Positions 12,651 to 25,500 of a DNA stretch of 64,000 nucleotides are shown piece after piece. Under the pieces are notes generated by a model. The model saw only the letters and a list, made by a program, of their open reading frames with translations. It did not search any database and had not been told where the DNA came from. A program made the position numbers and the translations under genes. The stretch's first letter is position 1. Each line of letters starts with the position of its first letter. The DNA lies in assembly GCA_000934665.2 (NCBI GenBank), contig JYFJ02001476.1:1-64000 (forward strand), written 5' to 3'. Source of the stretch: Catajapyx aquilonaris. Its lineage: Eukaryota.

Positions 12651-15600
12651 CTTTTCCTGAAGACAAGGATAATAAGTAATTAAGTTAATGATGAATTAAG
12701 CATTGCCACTATGTCATTACATTTGTGACCAAGAGGCCCATTTATACATGAAAAATGTAATGCAGCCATTTGTCAAACGTTGTTAGACATTATCTGCATT
12801 TCATTGCGCGAAAAATTCTTCATTAAGTCTGTACCGCTGTTTTCAAAATTATGAAATTATTACGCAAGTTTTTCCTCCGATAGTGCGAGTAAAAACCTGA
12901 AATGTGCATGTTAGCTAGCACATTTGATTCTAATCAGGGTTGGATTACCATATTTATAATCCTGCCAAATGCAGTTGACGACAGAATAAATTCTCACACT
13001 TGGCTCCAAAAGCGTGCGGAGTAGTCGAAATAAAGTCCGTTTTTTGGAAAAGAGCATGGAGATAAGAACTCAGATTACGTTTTGGGACGGAGGGGTATGG
13101 CATGTGGTAAGTGAACACGCCAAGGCCACAAAACGGACCAGGGATATTATATATCGACCCTTGCCCCCTTCCATTAAGCGTGACCGGCACTCACCTACTG
13201 AATGCACTTGCACAATACAGCTTCGGGGCGGCAATATCCTTAACAATAATATTACAGACGCCAAGGTATACAATGCTCATTGTATCTCTACGGAAGAACC
13301 TTACTGTGAATATAACACAAACTGGTCCGTAATTATGGTGCTGTATTTCAAGTGGATGTTCACACAAACATGTGTAGTATATTTCCTTTTAAATTATAAA
13401 TTCTCCCTAGATATGGAAGCCAGGCCATTGTCGCTATCTGTGTTGTCAACCGAGAAAGGAGGCTATATAGAGCACTATATAGTCTGGAGGGGTACCAACT
13501 CGAACACTCGCAATGCATTACTAGCTTGTTAACGCTTGCAAGTGTAAGCATCCTTCGCTTCGTCGTTTCATTTTTATTAACCTTAATTAATTCCGTTGTG
13601 TGCATATCATTACTGTAAAGTACACTAAGCACAATATCTGCTAGGTCTACTCACTCGCTTGTTCTGTAGACTACTAACCACTATCAGATTAGGTGATTTC
13701 AGAGAAATTTACTATAGAAAATGACAGGAAAATGTCGAGAGCATGCTCCTACATATAGTATCTGTGTGCAGTGGATGATTCATTTCACAATGTAAATTAC
13801 AAACTCCTTTATATGCTGTAGTACCACTTATAGCGAGCCACAGTTTTCTTTCGCTGAACCACTATAGTTTTTCCCTTTGGTTTTTCCTAAATATTTTCGA
13901 ATATTTACATAGCAACTGTGTAATACTGAACTATACGGAGAGGATAAAATACCGCATCCCGCATATCATTCCCAGCATCAAAAGAGGAGCCGATGAAATA
14001 GCATCTTCCTAAATTCAGATATAGCGAATGCATATAGCCTTGCTAGAGAAGAGGAAATGCCATTGAAAAGGAGTGCGGGAAAGGTTCCGGCATTTTGGTC
14101 TAGTCGGAGATGGAAATGCTGATAGATAATATGACAGCCTCGTCTAGGAGAACGCATGCAACAGGCGGCCGCTGCTCCAGCTCCAGCCTTTTCCGCATCA
14201 ATTACGTCAGATACAGCTCATGCATACTAACACATCCAATATCCTATATTCCGCCATATTCAATATCGGAATAGGCACATTTGCTAATGTGGTGCCGAAG
14301 GTGAAGGTCACATCTCACCAGTATTGCCATCACCTATGCATAATTTTTTACCAGCTGAATATTTCATAATGATTCGGACAATCTGCTAGGCTCACCCACA
14401 AAGTTTGTCATTATGAAACACTCTGCTGTACAGCGGTGCAGAGTAACATAAATTGCGATGCACTATATAGAGGCAAAAAAAATACCAGCTCCACATTTTT
14501 CCCTTTGACAGTTTTCACTCTTTGAATCATCGCTAGGAAGCAATTTGGCGGAAGAATAACCGAGGCGTGTCCAAAGATGATACAAAACTCCCTTGGGTGT
14601 GAGAAATAAATGCGAGTCAGCAAAATCCTGGCGGAACTTACTCCAGGGACACGGATGTAACAAGTTCTCTCCGAGAACACTTTTTGCCAAAAACGTTCCT
14701 TTTCCAATGACAAGACTTCCGGAAGTATGAGCAGAAAAATCAGCAGAGATCACCGACCTTATTGATCTTCCCTCACCCCATTTCCTCCACAGAAAAAATG
14801 CAAGATTTCCGGAAAATATTACAACAGAAATGTCACCTGACTGTTGATCCTGATGTCTCTTATATTAGATGGCAAGAAAAAGTTTTGAGAAGCAGCAGTT
14901 TTCTTCACAGCTCTCAGAAGAAATTTATTGGGATCTCGCGAGCAGCGAAAGAGGAAAAGAATTTCCATCGCAATTCTTCTCAACCAGCTAATCTTCTCGC
15001 CTCGGAATTCACACCCGCTCGCCCAACTGTACAAGGGAATAAACCCCTCAGATGGAATACCAAATTAACCTCGGCTGCCGAATGGTTCGCTAAATATAAA
15101 TCGCATTGTTTCGGATATTTATGCGCAGTGGTGATGTCTGCAAAGTAAACGGTCCTATGAAAGTACTTGCTGTGTTTTAATGTTCAATATTCTGTAGTTG
15201 GAATAGTCCCATGGCGGGGATTGTGACATATGCCGAAGTAATGTCAGAAAAACTAGTCGTGCCAGTCATATGTCGTATATTATGTCATAAAAATTAGCAT
15301 ATACTCTTGTGGCAAGTCTGTTTCTCCATCATGTGAACAGGTGCGACACCGGCGACACGACAGAGTGATAGCAATAAATGTCACAGAGTGCATATTCGGG
15401 CTAAAATGGCTTATGCAAGTGACGTGGACGGAATTTATTGGCCAATATGTGGAAGTCGTTTAAAAAAATGAAAAAAATATATCATTTTTTTCAAACCTTT
15501 AAGTTCTGCTGCATCTTCCCAAAATTTCTGAGAGTTCGACCCTGTTGTATAGGGGGACCATATGGCCACAACTCCCGTCTTGTTGCATAGCCTTTGCCGT

Positions 15601-18600
15601 GGAGGCAAGCCAAACCCCGGCTTATCGGTTTGGAGCTCATTTAGAGCTCGATCGAAGCAACATCTGCCACGGAACAAGTACGGAGATATTAGTAGCACAG
15701 AGTGTGGGCAGCCTGACGCTGCTTTTCCATCCTATAACCATATAAAACCAGACTTCACGTAACGGCAAAAGATGGTCCCATTAGGAGGTAATGGACGTGT
15801 GGGATGCGTGTGGGTAGAATGTGGGCGGAAAAAAATAAGTTATGACTCTCTTGTCTGAACCGGTAAGTGACATCGCTTGTGTAAGAAGGTGGAAGATTAC
15901 AGGATGAAGCAAAGTGGCAGTTTCACAAGATACTGTAAGAAAAGTTTGTGAAGACGACACAAATGCATTATTAATATCTTCAGTGCAATTTTGTGCTTTT
16001 CCGAAAGAGGCTCATTGCATTTATATACCCGGACTCGGTCCTGCGAGGCGCCTCATTATTAAGAGTATAAGCACGCACATGCACAAGTATGGAGCTCTGA
16101 TTTCGCCTACAAATGCCAGATTCCATGAATGTTCAGGCGTGGTCGCATTTCATTCCTACCCCTAACTACACTGTATACAAGTAGACTACACTGCCCAACC
16201 CCAGCAGCAGCCTCCTCGGGACAAGATAATGAAATGGTGTGGGGTGTGGCCGGGGCTGACCTACACCCTGCATAAGCTATCCGATCACCCAAATTATCTA
16301 TGGCTGTGGTCTAATTATGGAGAGTTAGAAAGCCCTCGCAGACTTTACTGACAAAGAGGCCTGACAGGAGAATAGATTCGACATCGGTTGGTTGAATCCT
16401 AGGTATATAAATTAGGCCCTCGTCAGCACGTTCTAGCATAACATTCTTCATCTCAATGACTACACCTGGGAAACCCCGTTGTGACCCACGCGTGACTGAA
16501 GATGTCGTATATGGATGTCATCTCAATATTGTCTGCTGCCTGCTATTGCCGTCCCAGAACTCGCCTTCATATATCCATCCAGCGTTCGAAGGGAATCGGC
16601 AGCCTCCGTCAATATTTGCCAAGGAGAGTAATGATTGGACCCTCTTGTATACCTCTGACTCCCGACAGAAAGGCAAGCCGCCGACCAAATCTAATCAGGA
16701 TTTACATTGAGCCCACCCTATAGGTTATTTCCCTAGACCAACTTTTGTACGGGCCGGCACAATAGGATTCACCGGATTCATTTGATTTCTCCACTGCAAT
16801 ATTCTGATCTGAAAAGAAGATGTGATTTCCCCGTTTTTTTGTGTGCATTTGGCAGGTATTACGAGAGTTCCGTCAAAAAACCGTTACCGGCACCCATATT
16901 GCTTTTGGTGGTCCAACTCATGGCTAAACGTGCATTGCGGATCTATACCCGTAAAGATTTTCGTTATATAGGACTTGAATCACTACACAAAATATTTGTA
17001 ATATTTCACTATGATGGTCCGTTATGGTCAGGCATCACTATACATGACACAGGGCAATGGAGCCATTCAGAGTGACACGAACTGGTCTCCGGCACTCTAG
17101 TCAGATTGACATTTGACCTCTTACTTCTATACCACATCCGCCACCTATTGAATTCTACATCACTTCCGGCACAACAAATTTAGTAACAAAAGGTGAAAAC
17201 TGTGGAATAGAGAAACTCTCACCATAAGCTCTAACCAAACTTGGAATATTATTAGCGGCTTAATTGCGAGCGTTCCATTCCCTATTTCCTGTCGACTTTC
17301 CCAATTACGGTAGGAAATGCTTCCTCTATAGTTATAGTTGAGAAATACGAAACATGCTGGGGATAATCGAAGTATCTGGTGGCAGCAGGAATTTAACGGT
17401 CAAGTAATATTGCACGATGCGGCTCTATACGTCATCCCTGTGACCTCTGATCGCAGAAAGGACCTCTGCATCGTCACAAGGGCTTTCGATTAACTCCACC
17501 CTATTGGCAAATACATGGCCCTAACAACAAAGGTACAAAGCTGCCATATAAACTTCCCTTGTGCACCGGAATCAATAGGGTACACTTATTATCATGGGTC
17601 CTATGCTATTGTACTTGCAGATTACTGAAGTTTGCTTCTATTTCCATGGCAAATATCCACTGTAGAAGCTATATTGATATGCAGGATGTGTCAAGGTGGG
17701 CAAATTCGAGTGGTCCAGCGGTTTTAAAATGTGAACTTTAATTTTTAAACTAAGGAGCTGCTATATTAGCATTTTAAGCCACATATAGGGCCACTTGAGA
17801 TAAACACGCCCAACAAGTGAGCACGTCGTTGATCCCAAGCATGTGTGAGAATGGATCCAGCATCCAACAGGTTGCAGGCGCACAACCCGCAGCTGGATAT
17901 TCAAACCCCGTTATATTAGGTCAATACATTACGCAACCTATTTGCTGTCCCAGACAGCAGCTTCGATGACGCAAAGAGGTGTCATCTCATGCCCGCCTAA
18001 TAGTCTATCAAATTACGCTGCCAAAAATAGAAGCAACTATTTAGAAGAGGATGTCACGGTTTGTTGGGTCAGTCAATATTGTGAAGGGTCGGCATGTGAA
18101 GTTATTGGGTCCGCTTTGGTTCTATTGTGGGTCTGTGATGAAGTGTTGGCGTGTGTGAGTGGAGGCCTGATTGGAATGTGCCATGTTCCGAACACCAGTC
18201 TGTTTCGAGACAGCTTGGGCCAGCTAGATAGCTAGCTGGCAAGATATAGGACCAGAGATAGAGTTGGCAGGCGTGAGCAATGCCAGAGAGAGAGAGAAGG
18301 AAGGATCAATATCGCTGCTTCGGAAAGGGAACAGTTCCTCCGGAAGTAAGGAAGGAAGGAAGGAAAGAGACTTATAAAATGTTAACACCAGTGGCATGTC
18401 CAGATTGTGGAATATTTTAAAATCCTGGTATTTGGTCACACGCTTCTGTTAATGGCATGAGACATGGATCAAAAGTGGCGACAAAAATGGAAATTCTATT
18501 TTAAATGTGTGCAAACATTACAAAAATTTTTCTGGTATATTCAAAGGGGCTGAAACAGTACCCATTGTTATTTTATAAAGACAAAATAATACTGCTCAAT

Positions 18601-19211
18601 ATAGACCAAGCTCAAATGAATAATTTATTCCGCCCAGATATAACCAATAATGTGAGTAGTACACTATCAAACATTTATCATGATGTCTTTTGATTTCTTT
18701 AAAGAGTCGTCGCTGTATATTTCTCTTCTGCTGGTGCGGTGATTTGATTGTACGGCAGATGTGGCAAAATAAAATGATTTTGCGCGCCTGCAAAATATTT
18801 CGGCGCCTTCCAATTTCTCGAGCCAAGGGACAGAAAGGATTCGCTTTCGTATATATAGAGTATCTTTTGAAGCCGAGTGATTCGGGCTCATTCCTGTTCA
18901 AGTCTCGACTCCCTCACTCGATCACGCCTTTTTCACGTGCCAGGAAAACGATTTACTGCTCTGCTCCTTTACAGTTGCTAAAAGAAGTGCGGAAATAGCT
19001 TTTAACTGCGCAATTTACAGAGGAGTGACAGAGGAGGTTTCAGAGCGTACACACGCAAATGGGACTGAAACAACGCTTATGCAGGAATTGCATTAAATAG
19101 TCATAAGTTTATTCTGATACTGGACGTTTCCAGGTACAGCAAGAGTATATTCAGCATGTAAATGGTGGACTAAAGTCATAATATACCGTTTCCCTCTGAG
19201 CTGAGGTGCTC

Positions 19212-19372
19212 TTTTTATTGAATACCCCGTGATATAGGCCTCCTGGGACCGTTCAGGGACTTCCTTTTCTATGACTTCCTTATGCATTTTGCTTACTGAT
19301 ATGGTGAACTACTTTTACTGCTGGAGGAAATGGAGGAAAATCCCATGCGAACACACAAAGAACCCATCGAAA
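19212..19372 (-). mobile_element. 5'-truncated copy of the SINE family seen at 2148-2371
   Basis: Shares ATACCCCGTGATA..GCCTCC and GAACAC....GAACCCATCGAAA with the 2148-2371 element; no A/B box head. Confidence 0.55.
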
Positions 19373-19599
19373 TAATGGATTTTATGATATAATTATAGTA
19401 CTCTAAAGCTCTTTTCATTCATGTCCATCAAATCTACTTGCACTAATTTCAGCAATAAAAGACTGCATCTTTCACGTTCATGTAAAAATATCCCTCTTCT
19501 ATTCACGTGCAACCAGAACGAAACTGTCTGAAAATTTCAAATAGTGTCAACAATACAATTTTACACATTATTTGACCTATTGTCAGTGAACGAGGCAAA

Positions 19600-22500
19600 A
19601 CACTGCATCCTTTGGCGTTCCTTTCTTCTGCGGACATTCGCCTGCAGTGCATGCTGTTGTGCATTTATGGAAGGCCCTCAATACTTCCCGGAATGACTTG
19701 GTGAAGAAAATGACAAAAAATAGGGCTTTGTTTGTCACTCTGCCGCATTCAAGTTATAGAGACATGTTATTCCAGTGGACAAGGGACTATGTGGCGTGTG
19801 TCACGAACGTTGAAGTGCGTGCTCGATTACACTGCGTATAGCCTACTTAACATTTGGTTTCTTAAAACCAGTGCCTCTGGAGGCTTGGCTGCAAGGAGCC
19901 CTGAATTGTGATAAATGGAATGGTCAGGGTCAATGCAGCAAAGGTTAAAACCGCGCCCTTTTCACGTTTGTATGTTTCAGAGGACGTACTTATTTATGCC
20001 AATTGGCTGCTTCGACTTCCAGGCGATTGGATGATGCTGCTGGTCAAAATCATCATGCATACATGTAACACGTACTCTAGATGGCGGTATGTTCACATGT
20101 GACAGGAGAAAATATATCGCTTCTTTACAGCACCCAAAGGATGAACTGAATGAGTTGTGCATAATCCCATGTCCAATCAGGTTATTCTTTCAAAAATATC
20201 AATTATTGCTACTAACCATATCTTAACGAAACATTTAATCGGTGACCATCTTGTCACGAGCATAAATAATAAAAATGGCGTCTCTTAACGTAATAATCAA
20301 TTGGAGAGTTCAAGGGTCAAAGAACATATATTTCACACACAATTGACCCCCAGCTAAATGTGTAATTGGGGCCACATTGAAATAGCCATACACCAACGGA
20401 GAGATAACCTATCTGGCTTTCTTCAGGTGAATAATGTAGCCATTTAAGCGCTCTATAGTTAACTCCAGCTGAGATGATAGGGATTAAAAATGAGAAAGCA
20501 CTGGGCGAGGTTGAGGGAGGGTAAGGTCAAAAGTACAGGTTGAGTAATAGAAGATAATAATAGTAAGGCGTTAAAGAACGCTTCACATGCAAACCCAACA
20601 GAACCAAGCGGAGGCCGTCCATCGATCCTTCTTTTCCAGATATACACATAAGAGGAGCATTTGTGCTCCCCCCTTTTTTGGCAAAGGATAAACCCGATAG
20701 AAGTGGCAAAAAAATCTGGAGCACCCAGGAAAAGATTTGCAGACGTCGTTTTCCGACCCGTTTGCATAATCTACAGGTTTCGGGCTTTCAGGCCCTTCGC
20801 AGGAAAAACAGAAAAAATGCATGACTACACTTGTGCAGAAATCAATTGTGCTGTATGTACAGTACATAATGAACATGCACTTTAGGTGCAATATCTATGG
20901 TAGTGTATTGGACTCTGTTAACAAAAACCTCGCATTAATAATTCAAAAAGGCGGTTCCTATGGGCAGTAAACGAAACGACCCTCTAATTGCCAGAAATTA
21001 TTACTCCCGCATAATTACCACGATTTCGCGAGTTGGTTGACATCACGCTACAAGCACGTAGATATGTGAGTGAAGTATACTTTCGTGCAGTCTTCTCAAA
21101 GATAAGGAGACATTCATGCATCATCAGATCCCCGGACAGGAGAAGTGCCATCATTTTCTTCGCATAGCTGCCGGTATTTCATTAAGTAATTGCCAGGGCC
21201 GAGGCAGCGCCAAGAGTGACAAAATATGGTCGATTGAATCTACGTTGAGGTAGAGGGGGCACAGGTACATTAGCACGGACGCTTGTGGTATCGATCGTCA
21301 ACCACTCCAAATGCTACGGCCATTAGAGTATATAAAGGGGGCGGTGGAAAAAAATGTATGCATATTTTCTCACCTTGTCCGCCTGTCTCTTATAGATACA
21401 TTGTGTTGTCTGCATGAAGTGTGATATTGACATGTCCATCTCCGGAACAGCCTATGGGTCTTTCTGCATTTCTTTTCATTTTATGTCGCAAATATTCACC
21501 ATCTCCTCACTCCAAAGTCGAAACATGAACTAAGCTGGCAAAAACATCAAAAATGAAACCCACGTGAGCCAATCCCAAATTCAACTCAGACTGTCACTCC
21601 CAACAGGAACCTGTTTATTAGAAAGTGCCACCACGCACCAGCACCCAACATTCCACCCACAACCTGCAAAAGCCAAGGATTTTGACGTCTCCTCTGCCAG
21701 GAATACGAGAGTAGGTCTCCATCCACCAGCATCAGACGCTTTTCTAGAGACTCGCGCAAGTAAATCCCCTTTTTCACTCAGCCGCCAATAAATACGGGCC
21801 AAAGCGCTTTACACGCTCAGCTTGGGGACAAAGCTAACTGGCACTGAGGAAATGGACGGATGGGAGGGAATTGGGGACACTCACAAAAAAAAAGGAGATG
21901 AAGACCCGGGGACGTGAAATGTGAGATGTCGACTCATTTGAGCACGGACCCCGTCAAGAACACGGAACCCGGATTGTTTTCCGGGATCACACGGGAATCA
22001 AGAGACAACTTCCCAGGCACAAGTTTTCAAGGCTGTAAGCCAAGTCCATTGTCATTTCTCACTTGACCACGACACTCTCATCCGCTCCCTGCCAACTAAA
22101 TTAGACCCCAGAGTCTTTTAAAACTGCAGTTAAGGCTCAGACTTTTACTGTATTATGCACTACACACTCGATACAGGACCCAAGGGTTTGCTTCAGACCC
22201 TGTGTAAGTACAGTACTTGCCTGAGCATTATTGGTAGTCTATTACAGCTGAATGTGTGTACTGTACAGTGGACATCAGCCCCCGGACACTTCCCCTACAA
22301 TCTTATCTTATCGCCTGCCGGGGGTTTTGCATGAGGTGCTCACCTGAGAGCGCCATGAGACAGCTTTTCATTGCGCTATTATGTGGCGACCCTACCGGAC
22401 TACGCTGAACTTCACAGGTGCAAAAGGGAAGGACCCAACATGGTCGCCGGCTGCCATGTGGGGCCCGCATGTAGTGGCTTCTCTTCTACCTTAGTTCAGC

Positions 22501-25500
22501 GTAGTCCGGTAGGATCGCCACATAATAGCGCAATGAAAAGCTGCCTCATGGCGCTCTCAAGTGAGCACCTCATGCAAAACGCCCCGGCAGGCGATAATAG
22601 GGAGTGCCCAGATCTTAGTATTCTAAGACCATGGTGGACATTAATCGAGGTATAGACTACTGCTAGCGACATTTTCCGAAGTGGCTCCCCCGGCTTGCAG
22701 TATTCTTACCTTCGATTCCTTCTTCTGCCGCTTCGGAAAATGTCGCTGGCAGTTGTATGCCTCGATTAATGTCCAACACTGTATAGGCAGTGCCCCAGGC
22801 AATGTGAAAGGAAAGAATTTATGGACTTCTTCATCCTGGATTGCACGCAACCGTACCTTTGTATCACGAATGGTATAACCTCCAGGCGTACTAGTTTCAT
22901 AAAAAATTTTCTTTCATTTCCTTTTATCCACCATAAGTGCCATAATTGCAGAACCATCAATTTGGAACAACCAAATTTCCCTAGACTTAATTTGTGAGAC
23001 AATATTGATGTTGTTTCCGCTTCCAGGTTTAATATTACAACGGGTCTCGCCTCAAGGAAAACCTGCGGAAAGTGTGGGTAGACAGCAGCTGCGATAGAGT
23101 GTGAATGGAGGTTAATAATGCGATAAAGGAGGGCAAATGAGTTGGGGGGAGATGAGATGTGGAGGGGAGTGGTCCATGGCTGTTTCCTCCTCATTCCTCC
23201 CTCTGAACCTCCCCCATCCAAGCTCTGCCAGCCGTGGTTGCTTCCATTTCACCTTCAGTGGGCCCTGATTGCAGCCGCGTCGCCTCAGGTGTTCTCAAAC
23301 CCGCCCGGATGGAAAATTAATTGGAAGGAACTAGGTCCACTCCCTGGTAATGCGAATAGAGGCAGGTGCTCCTAGTATACCGAGGTTGGAACCCCCTAGG
23401 CAATACTTGTGACATTCTAGCTCCCTTCTTGAGCTCCTTAGAAGTGAGCATAAATACACCGTAATTATCCAGTAGAATCCTTTGCAAAATGCTGGAGTTA
23501 ATTAGGAAAGGAGGGCTAAATATAAAAAAGGAGCTCAAATCCAATGGGATGGTACATAGAGTTTGCAAGGCCACAACTAGTCATGTTAATCCCTCGGATG
23601 AGGCTCGTTGCAGTTGCGTTCGCAGAAAAGGCGTAGTTCGCACGATAATTGTTTTCTAGCGTGTCATGTACGAAGCTGGATTATTTAAAAATAATCCAGC
23701 TAAATACAGGTTGATCATTAGCTGAAAACAATAAGGTTTGTGTTGCTCAACCTGATCGATGATTCACGTTATGGACTAATGAAAGCTGGTATTTTTCCGT
23801 ATATATATGAAAAAGCTCATATCTGAACTTGCGTTCATTCCCTCTGACCTTGCCATGTACTAGTATCCGAGGACGATGGGTACACTCTATACACATACTT
23901 TAAAACTTCTCTATAACAGCAATGCCAATACCTGTTAATTTTACGTCCACGCCATTGACGACTAATTAAAAACCTCCGCTGACGGGTAATGAAAAGGCGC
24001 CAAAACTATAACCCATCTACTGTATGTTCGTCATCCCATTGCAAAGCGCTTCATCAACGTACCACACGCCTATCTGGAGGGGCTTCAATAACAAAAACAT
24101 CCTTGGAAAAAAAAGCACCATTAAAAGCGCACATCCTCCAAAAATGTTTGAAACAACAACCCCGTTTGTTTACTCTTTAATCCAATATTGCCGAGGTACA
24201 AAGACGACGTCGATGAAGGAAAAAAAAGGGCTGCTGGCAAGTCTAATAGCCTACTTTCCTGCCATAATAAGAGTGATTAGTCGGACATAAAATGGCAGCT
24301 AGGAAGCCGGCGAAGCTGAGCAGGCTTCCTAATGAGGCGCTGCTCTGGTATGCAAAATGTTGGCCTCTTTTGTCGTCGGCAGGGAAAGTGCATCAAGCGA
24401 CCGTTAATGCCGCCACAGCGTCATTCGCATCGCACTTTGGCACTAGGCACAGCATCAGGATGGGGATTGGCATTGCCTCCCGGAAAGCAACAGGTGCAAG
24501 GCTCCAGACGACGCGATACTTTCAAGCCGACCTCTTCATATCGAGCTCACACGTCTACATCGAATAAATTCGGAAATTAATTAGTTTCATAAAAATGAGG
24601 GTAATTGGAACTTCAAATCGTGAAGCATAGTCGCAAACAGCAACTCTAATAATTTTAAAATAACGAGGGAACTATTTCTGTATGTAGCCTGCTGCGAAAC
24701 ATGATTGGTGGTGTTACGTAACCAGAAATTATTTTTGCTTCGTTTATCGGAAAAACCAGGGACCTACATCGATACATAGCTGGAGGGGAAACCAAATATT
24801 AATAGAATAAGTTGACAAACATATTGCAGCAAAAATTTGCAAAATGTACACGTCACGTGAAGAGTAGGTTCTACTAAAGTACTAGGTGAATTTACAGGTA
24901 ATATTACTTGAACAAGCTGGAATTCGCTTTTATCCACGCTAGTTTCGTTATAATGTATTTTGCATCATATCTGCTGTAAATGGGAAACAGAGAGCATAAT
25001 ATAGGTAGCTTCCAGAAGCCGTCTGTGGGCCGTAGATCACCTAGTATACTCTCAAAGCAGTCTCAAAGTCTACACGATTTTCATCTTTGCCTAATTAACT
25101 ACTGCACTGTACAGTACCCGAGCTCTATGATATTATTAGGTGGCAAACAAGTGCATTAATGCGCTCCTCATTACGCCATTATCCAGTAATCACATATAAA
25201 GTCAATAGATCTTATCATGGTTTCAACCTATTTTTAAAGGTATATTGACCATGTTAATTGGAAACATGGCACTTACGGTTGTACAATGTACATAACTATT
25301 CACGAATATTTAAGCAGCTCATACACACACACGTGCATACAAAACGACATAACCATTGATCTGACACCTGCCACTCAACACACTTTAAGCCTGAACAAGG
25401 CTCATTACGCAGATATTTGGTTCAACGTACTCGTAATGCACTTTCACCGATAATTATCCGCACGTAATTTGACTGATGAGACTCTACATATCGCAAATGA

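Noticed and set aside
16180..16270. GCCTCCTCG motif resembling an HDV ribozyme L3 loop
   Set aside because: P3 and P1 pairings could not be completed by eye.
23674..23701. Short palindrome AGCTGGATTATTT..AAATAATCCAGCT
   Set aside because: Too short and without context to assign a function.
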